Source of the DNA: an uncultured delta proteobacterium
Lineage (GTDB): Bacteria > Myxococcota > Kuafuiibacteriia > Kuafuiibacteriales > Kuafuiibacteriaceae
Length of the DNA: 64,000 bases
Direction: 5' to 3'
NCBI GenBank assembly: GCA_963803435.1
Contig: CAWDML010000007.1
Location: 64,001 to 128,000 of the forward strand
Shown: one piece after another, positions 58,447-64,000 of the stretch
How the letters are laid out: the number at the start of each line of letters is the position of its first letter
Numbering within the stretch: the stretch's first letter is position 1
The notes under the pieces: model-generated
The model's input: the letters and a program-made list of their open reading frames with translations, nothing else
Databases searched by the model: none
What the model was told of the DNA's origin: nothing
Position numbers and translations under genes: made by a program

Positions 58447-59302
58447 TGAAGTCTGCGTCCTCGCGCTGCCGCCCCATGCCCTCGGACGCCAGGTGCGCCC
58501 GGAACCGCTCGACCAAAGTGCCCTCGAGCGTCCACTCGGCGTCCGCCACCGCGAAGTAGCCGTAGATGTAATCGAATGGGTTGAGGATCCGGTAGTGGAC
58601 GGAGATGCCGTGATCGGTGCGGAGCACGGGCTCGACCTCCGGATGATCGACGACGTTGGCGAAGGGGAACAGCACCGGATAGACGGATCCCTTCCAGGAG
58701 GTCCACGACTGGTGCGGCTTCCACCAGAAGCTCCGGATCGAGAGGCTCGGCTCCGACGCACGATAGAGATCCCACGCGCTCTGGTGAAGCGACGGATCCT
58801 CCTCGCCGCTCCGCAGCCTGAACAGCTCCCAGTGATCCTCGAGGAACACCTCCAGATAGCCGAACCCGATCGAGCTCTTGACGCCGCCGATCCACCGCGC
58901 GCGCAGCCCGAACGCGGTGAGGGCGCCGACCGCGAGCGAGTGGATCTCGCACGCCCCCGACTTGGCTCGATAGAGGTCGACCGCACGGACGCTCATGACC
59001 TCGTCGGCGGCGGTCTCCTCGTCGATCCAGCGGATCAGGCGGAGGACCTTCGCGCGGTCGGTGGTCTCCGATGCCAGAAAGCCGAACGCCTCCCGCAGGA
59101 GCTGGAGATCCTCCTTGCTCGCATAGGCGTGCGCGAAGTCGTTGTCCGCCAGCCCGCGGTACAGCGAGTTCTTGAGATCCAGGTAATACGGAAGGGCGGC
59201 CTCGAGCCGTAGATACTCCGGCTCGAAGCTCCACGCCGCCCAGCACCCCGTCCCGAGGCCCACCACGAGACCGACCAAGAACCCGGCGATCGCTCTCCGC
59301 AC
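58412..59302 (-). CDS. Transglutaminase-like domain protein
   Basis: SGACEIHS...FGLRARWIG...YLEVFLEDHW pattern; N-terminal TM. Confidence 0.5.
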   Translation of the reverse strand: MRRAIAGFLVGLVVGLGTGCWAAWSFEPEYLRLEAALPYYLDLKNSLYRGLADNDFAHAYASKEDLQLLREAFGFLASETTDRAKVLRLIRWIDEETAADEVMSVRAVDLYRAKSGACEIHSLAVGALTAFGLRARWIGGVKSSIGFGYLEVFLEDHWELFRLRSGEEDPSLHQSAWDLYRASEPSLSIRSFWWKPHQSWTSWKGSVYPVLFPFANVVDHPEVEPVLRTDHGISVHYRILNPFDYIYGYFAVADAEWTLEGTLVERFRAHLASEGMGRQREDADFINWLGLSHYED

Positions 59303-59323
59303 GACGCGTTCCTATCACATTGT

Positions 59324-61084
59324 CTAGCGAGACGAACGGGCCGCCTCGACCTCGGCGCGCCGCACCCGGGCGGTCGCCATGGTGCCCTCGTCCTCGGCGA
59401 TGAACCGCGCCACCATCAGCCGATCCATCAGCGCGAGCAGCCCTCTCGTGCGCTCGGGGGCCAGCTCGACCGAGAGACGCGCCAGGTGCGGTACCCAAAC
59501 CAGCAGCATGAAGAAGTGATAGCTGCGCGGCCCGCCGAACGCGCGCGCGTACCGGAGCTCGTTCGGGTCCTCCGGTGTCCACATCCAGTCCTGCGACACT
59601 GCGTAGTCGAGCCCATCCAGGCCGGCCACGAAGAGCCGGCGCCACCAATCGAAGTCCGCCGCTCTTCCCAGCTTGCGCGCCAGCAGCGCCAGCTCGCCGA
59701 CGTTGCCGAGGTTGGTGGCGTGCGTGTTGATGATCCACGGCAGCGTCTCGGCGATCGGTACGTCGAGATAGTCGAACCAGACGCCGCCGTTCGGGGTCCG
59801 CTTCGCGAAGCCCGGGCGCTCCGGATCGAAGACCTTGCGGGCGTTCTGGAGCTCGCCGTAGATCGCGGCCTTCTCGGCGTCGGTGAGGAACGGCGAGTCG
59901 AACAGGCGCGCGTATTCCTCGAGCCGAAACTCCCAGTACTGGCAGAAGACGATGGTGCGGATCTCGCCCGGATCGCGCATCTGCTTCGTCCACTGGGGCT
60001 GCATCATCAGGTTCGGCGGCGCACCCTTCGCCCGCCCGGCCTCCACGAAGAACGTAAGCATTCGAAACGCCTGGTCGCGCAGGAGCGCGCGAGGCTCCAG
60101 CGGATCGGTCCGTATGCCCTTCATGCTCGCCGTCATGTCCCCCCAGGCGAAGCCGCCCGGGTGGCCATAGGTGTACTTCGAGGCGTCGATCCAGCTCGCC
60201 AGCTCTCCCGGGAAGTAGCGAAGCATGCGGAGCCCCGATTGCCGGTACGAGAGCGGGATCTGGGCCTTGTCCATCGCCCAGTACCCGTCGCCTCCGGGGA
60301 GGACGGGTGCATCCCGGTCGAGCGGCGACTCGGCGATGCGAAACTGCTCGAACGCCGAGGCCGCGCTGCCGCGGTACGGCATCACGTAGATGGGAAAGTC
60401 GAAGGTGCTCGCATCTTCGAGCGCGCGCTCGGGGAAGCGAACCTCGACCCGCCCCGGCGCCGCCACCACCTGCGCGGTCAGCGTGGCGGTGACCGTGTAG
60501 TCCTCGAGATACCAGCGGCGGATCTCGGGCCGATGCGGGAAGAAGAACACGACGCCCTCCGAGTCGTCGGGAGCGCGGAAGACGACGAACGGCTTGGTGG
60601 TGCGGGAAGGATCGAGCGCGAGCTCGCGCAAGCCGCCAATCGACGGAGCATCGCGCTCGAACGCGATCATCTCGGTCAGGCGGTCGGGGATCTCGAACGC
60701 GTGGTCCCGCAGCCGGTGCCTCATGCGAGGGAACAGGCTGGCGATCGGCGAGCCGCGGAACACCTCGAGGTCGCGCTCCTCGTCCGGCCCGATCCAGGCG
60801 AAGCGCATCGCGTAGCCGCGGCTCAGGCTGGTCCCCGCCGTCGCGCCGGGCGCGCCCAGGTAGCGAACCTCAGGACCGTCGTCCAGGCGAATCACCACGA
60901 CGCCCATGCGGGCGGCGAGCTCGAGCCGAAGGGGGCCGACCGCAACCTCGGCGGGCAACGGCGACAGCGGAGGGCGCGGCCAGCGTATCGGCGGCTGGTT
61001 CTCCACCTCGGGCCGCGCCGGGATCCGATGCGCGCACGCGCCGGCGAGGAAGCAAGCCCCGATCGATGCAAGCGAGAGTCGCAT
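59324..61084 (-). CDS. Hypothetical lipoprotein
   Basis: Lipobox-like LAGAC; long ORF with typical codon bias. Confidence 0.6.
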   Translation of the reverse strand: MRLSLASIGACFLAGACAHRIPARPEVENQPPIRWPRPPLSPLPAEVAVGPLRLELAARMGVVVIRLDDGPEVRYLGAPGATAGTSLSRGYAMRFAWIGPDEERDLEVFRGSPIASLFPRMRHRLRDHAFEIPDRLTEMIAFERDAPSIGGLRELALDPSRTTKPFVVFRAPDDSEGVVFFFPHRPEIRRWYLEDYTVTATLTAQVVAAPGRVEVRFPERALEDASTFDFPIYVMPYRGSAASAFEQFRIAESPLDRDAPVLPGGDGYWAMDKAQIPLSYRQSGLRMLRYFPGELASWIDASKYTYGHPGGFAWGDMTASMKGIRTDPLEPRALLRDQAFRMLTFFVEAGRAKGAPPNLMMQPQWTKQMRDPGEIRTIVFCQYWEFRLEEYARLFDSPFLTDAEKAAIYGELQNARKVFDPERPGFAKRTPNGGVWFDYLDVPIAETLPWIINTHATNLGNVGELALLARKLGRAADFDWWRRLFVAGLDGLDYAVSQDWMWTPEDPNELRYARAFGGPRSYHFFMLLVWVPHLARLSVELAPERTRGLLALMDRLMVARFIAEDEGTMATARVRRAEVEAARSSR

Positions 61085-61110
61085 CAGCTCTTCTGCTAGG
61101 CTAACGCTGG

Positions 61111-61458
61111 ATGCAACCCTTGTCGTTCGATCAGTTCTGGTCGTGGCTCCAGCGCCACCCGAACTGCATCATCCGCGTCGGGGGGCCCGACGCCATCGTC
61201 TATGACCACGACGATCACCACTGGGGCTTCGGGCTCGATAACGACGGCAGCGTCTTCGTCCAGATGATGCGCGGCAAGCGAGCCGTCGCCGAGGTGTTCA
61301 TCGACCCGCGCGAGATCACGTTCGTCACCGTCGAGAAGGGTGAGAATGAGGAGTTCCTCTTCCAGCTCCGCGACGCGGCGGAGAAGGCGCTCTTCTACTT
61401 CGCGATGTCGCACGACTTCGACGAGGCGGAGACGTCCGCGAAGCCGCACTGGAACTGA
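61111..61458 (+). CDS. Small acidic hypothetical protein
   Basis: Strong codon bias, globular composition. Confidence 0.65.
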   Translation: MQPLSFDQFWSWLQRHPNCIIRVGGPDAIVYDHDDHHWGFGLDNDGSVFVQMMRGKRAVAEVFIDPREITFVTVEKGENEEFLFQLRDAAEKALFYFAMSHDFDEAETSAKPHWN

Positions 61459-62754
61459 TCACTTCGCCCGCGCCAGCCAGCCCAAAGTCTCGTAGGCGGC
61501 CGGGTTGATGGTTGAGGCCTTCGCCCGCTCCTGCTCCGCCGCCGCCGCGTCTCCGGCCGAGGCCAGCACCCAGGCCGCCGTCGCGTGGAGATCGGCGGTG
61601 GAGATCGGGGTGGCGAGGGCCGAGCGGATCGCGGTCTCGGCCTCCGCAACCTGTCCTGCGGTCTGGTACGCCTGCGCCAGCAGCACCAGCGACTCGGCCG
61701 TGGGGCGGGCCTCATAGCTCCTCTTCGCGATCTCCACCGCGCCCTTGGCGTCGCCGTGGCCGAGCAGGTGGGTGAGCGCGTGGGCGGAGAATGCCTCCGG
61801 ATAGGCCGCGATCTGCTCGGCGTACATCGCCTTGACCCGGTCGTGGAGCGCCTGGGCGCGGGCGAACTCGCCGTGGTTCTGGAGGATCGCCGCGAAGCCG
61901 TGCACCGGCTCCGGGTTCGTCGGATCGCGCGCTTCCAGCCGCTGATAGATCGCGGTCGCGCCGGCCTCGTCGCCGAGGCCGAGCATCGCCTTGGCGAGGC
62001 CCTGCTCGATGAGATACCAGCCGTCGAAGGCGCGGTCCGCGGTCTCGAAGCGCTGCCTCGCCTCGGCGAAGCGCCCGCGGTCGAGCGCCATCTGCCCGCG
62101 CAGCATCTCGACCCAGGCCTTGGCCTCCCCTTCACGGCCGACCTTTCCCTCCGCCTCCTCGAGAAGCGCCTCGGCGGCCGCGAAGTCGGCGGTCTTCCAG
62201 CGGTACTGGGCGAGCCGCGCCAGCGCGGTGACGGTTCGCTTCTCGGCGAGGACGGCCTCGTACGCCGCCTCGGCCTCGCGGTAGCGACCGCGGTACAGGA
62301 GGAGGTCGGCGCGCAGCTCGGCGATCGCGGCCTTCGAGGTGTCGCCCATGATCGCGGCCTCGGCCACCTTCAGATCGGGCTCCACGCGATCGAAGCGGTG
62401 GAGCGTGAAGCTCAGCCGCGCCCTCGCCATGTACGGGCCGCTCCCGGGCTCGGCCAGCTCGAACGCCTCGACCAGCGCGCGATCGGCCGCCGCATAGTCG
62501 CGGTAGCTGCCGGTGAGATGGGCGCGGGAGAGATAGCCGAAGGAGACCTCCTGGAGGTCGATCCACCAGCCGGATCGATCGAAGCGCTTCTGGTGAAAAG
62601 CGATCTTCTGATCGATCAGCGCGAGCGCGCGGTCGCAGGCGGTGACCGGGCGCTCCGCGAGCTCCGAGGGAGCCGCCGGCGCCGGCCTCATCAAGGCGAT
62701 GCCGGCGGCGATCACGGCGCCGGTGGAGAATGCGATCGATGCGGTCTTCAGCAT
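61459..62754 (-). CDS. Secreted TPR-repeat protein
   Basis: Signal/TM then repeated TPR helices (GRYREAEAAY, GRFAEARQRF). Confidence 0.8.
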   Translation of the reverse strand: MLKTASIAFSTGAVIAAGIALMRPAPAAPSELAERPVTACDRALALIDQKIAFHQKRFDRSGWWIDLQEVSFGYLSRAHLTGSYRDYAAADRALVEAFELAEPGSGPYMARARLSFTLHRFDRVEPDLKVAEAAIMGDTSKAAIAELRADLLLYRGRYREAEAAYEAVLAEKRTVTALARLAQYRWKTADFAAAEALLEEAEGKVGREGEAKAWVEMLRGQMALDRGRFAEARQRFETADRAFDGWYLIEQGLAKAMLGLGDEAGATAIYQRLEARDPTNPEPVHGFAAILQNHGEFARAQALHDRVKAMYAEQIAAYPEAFSAHALTHLLGHGDAKGAVEIAKRSYEARPTAESLVLLAQAYQTAGQVAEAETAIRSALATPISTADLHATAAWVLASAGDAAAAEQERAKASTINPAAYETLGWLARAK

Positions 62755-62824
62755 GTCGAGCCTCGACGATCCGCAAAGCCCGAGGCCGGACCGCGAGCGC
62801 GTCGCGGTCCGGCTCGGCCCTCTG

Positions 62825-63598
62825 TCAGTCGGCGTTCGGATACGCCAGGTAAGGGAACTGGGTCAGGAACGGCACGTCGTTCGCCGGCGGATTGAGCGGC
62901 AGCGACGCCAGGAAGTCCGGCGCGTGCACCGTCAGGTCCAGCAAGATCACGTTCAACGTCACGTCGATGACCGGGTCCGCCAGGCGGCGGCCGTTCGGGA
63001 AGCCCGCGGGAGCGTCCGGATTCACCGTCAAGGTGTCCGGGATGATCAGGCTGATCACGGCCGGTCCGCCCTGCCCCACCGTCTGGGTCGCGCAGGGGAT
63101 GACATCGAAGTTGCCGCCGCCCATGTCGGTCGCGCAGGCGGTGAGCCCGAGCGCCGAGAAATCGTCGGCCAGCGCCGCGTGCAGACCCGCGAGCGTGCCC
63201 GCGATGTCGCTGGCGACGAACTGCGGGAGCCCGCTGCCCGGATCCGTGACGACGTCGTCGTTCGGATCCGCGTCGTTGTACGCGTTCTTGTCCACGATGA
63301 GCGCCGTGGAGACCGCCGGCATACCCATGCGATCGACGCGCGTGTACGCGGCGGGGGCGTCCGTCCGGAAGTCGAAGGACGAGGCGTCCATCCCGTTCAT
63401 GCCGTCCATCCCGTCCATGCCGTCCATTCCGTCCATGCCGTCGGCGCCGTCCTGGCCGTTCTGCCCCATCTGACCCGCTGGTCCCGTCGCGCCCTGGGGA
63501 CCCTGGGGACCGACCTCACCCATCGCGCCTTCGCAGGCGAAGCAGAGGGCGAGTCCGAGCGGCGCGAGATACGAGATCGTCTTCGTGTGTCGTTTCAT
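62825..63598 (-). CDS. DUF4331-family lipoprotein with collagen-like stalk
   Basis: Lipobox CFAC; about 15 GXY triplets; RVDRMGMPAV, FPNGRRLADPVID, ND..F...FPYL. Confidence 0.8.
   Translation of the reverse strand: MKRHTKTISYLAPLGLALCFACEGAMGEVGPQGPQGATGPAGQMGQNGQDGADGMDGMDGMDGMDGMNGMDASSFDFRTDAPAAYTRVDRMGMPAVSTALIVDKNAYNDADPNDDVVTDPGSGLPQFVASDIAGTLAGLHAALADDFSALGLTACATDMGGGNFDVIPCATQTVGQGGPAVISLIIPDTLTVNPDAPAGFPNGRRLADPVIDVTLNVILLDLTVHAPDFLASLPLNPPANDVPFLTQFPYLAYPNAD
63386..63520 (-). repeat. Collagen GXY / 9-bp (GMD)n coding repeat
   Basis: ccgtccatN tandem units encode GMDGMDGMDGMDGMNGMD. Confidence 0.85.
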
Positions 63599-63610
63599 CT
63601 CTTCGCCTCC

Positions 63611-64000
63611 TCAGATCCGCGCCGACGTGCCCCAGATCCGGTACGGACCTGAGCCGGGCAGCGCGCGCAGCGGAATCTCGATGATGATCGAGGAGACGTT
63701 GAGGCCGGCGAAGAAGTCCCGCGTGTTGTCGAACGCGAGGTTCCCGGTCATCAGGGTCGTCTGGAACCCCATCAGATCGAAGAAGAAGGGATCCTCGCGG
63801 ACCCCGCAGTACGCCTTGGCGCCGCCGAGATCGACCGCGCTGCCGACGAGGCCGATGACCGGCCCGCTCGCGCCCGGGATGCCTTCGATCTGGTAGCCCC
63901 AGTTCCCTTTGCTGTCCTGAGCAAAGCGGACCCAGATGTCGACGTCCGGATCGAACGCCGCGTCAGCGCTGTCGATGTGGATGCCGTACAGAACGTCGCG
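63611..64000 (-). CDS. DUF4331-family protein (5' end outside the window)
   Basis: Manual translation: ..YGIHID..IWVRF..CGVREDPFFFDL..RDFFAGLNVSSIIIEIP..WGTSARI*. Confidence 0.75.
   Translation of the reverse strand, partial: RDVLYGIHIDSADAAFDPDVDIWVRFAQDSKGNWGYQIEGIPGASGPVIGLVGSAVDLGGAKAYCGVREDPFFFDLMGFQTTLMTGNLAFDNTRDFFAGLNVSSIIIEIPLRALPGSGPYRIWGTSARI

Noticed and set aside
1-64000. tRNA, rRNA, riboswitch (preQ1 near queF, TPP near thiO) or prophage genes
   Set aside because: The leaders of queF and thiO are too short or overlap coding sequence, and no such motifs were recognised by eye; an Infernal/tRNAscan-SE run would be needed to exclude them.

Overview
GC-rich, densely coding bacterial window. 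Its gene content suggests Myxococcota/deltaproteobacteria: two Hanks-type Ser/Thr kinases, FHA-sigma54 activators, PilZ, PEGA, DUF4331 and an atypical Hsp70. In order it holds: mlaEFD; an atypical Hsp70; a decayed 1.33-kb IS5-family element with long inverted ends carrying a four-helix-bundle passenger gene; crp-like/dnaJ/trmH; queF; an NrtR-SPFH-NAD-kinase-like operon with a 36-bp palindrome; a complementary pair of sigma54 activators; TetR-P450; MFS; thermonuclease; thiO; iscA/erpA; a PafA-type phosphatase, His-rich porin and PHP hydrolase operon; msrP; an ~18-kb Wzx/Wzy-type polysaccharide locus (40.5-58.4 kb); and a DUF4331/TPR cluster. The strongest candidate for an undescribed system lies in the polysaccharide locus. 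ThDP-dependent E1alpha/E1beta genes are translationally coupled to a chimeric E2 that keeps the lipoyl and subunit-binding domains but replaces the E2 core with a PglD/NeuD-type sugar acyltransferase. This suggests CoA-independent acyl transfer from a lipoyl arm onto a nucleotide amino-sugar. Five otherwise intact genes carry single-base frameshifts that are probably assembly errors. No rRNA, tRNA or CRISPR array was recognised. All family calls come from motif recognition by eye; no database searches were run.
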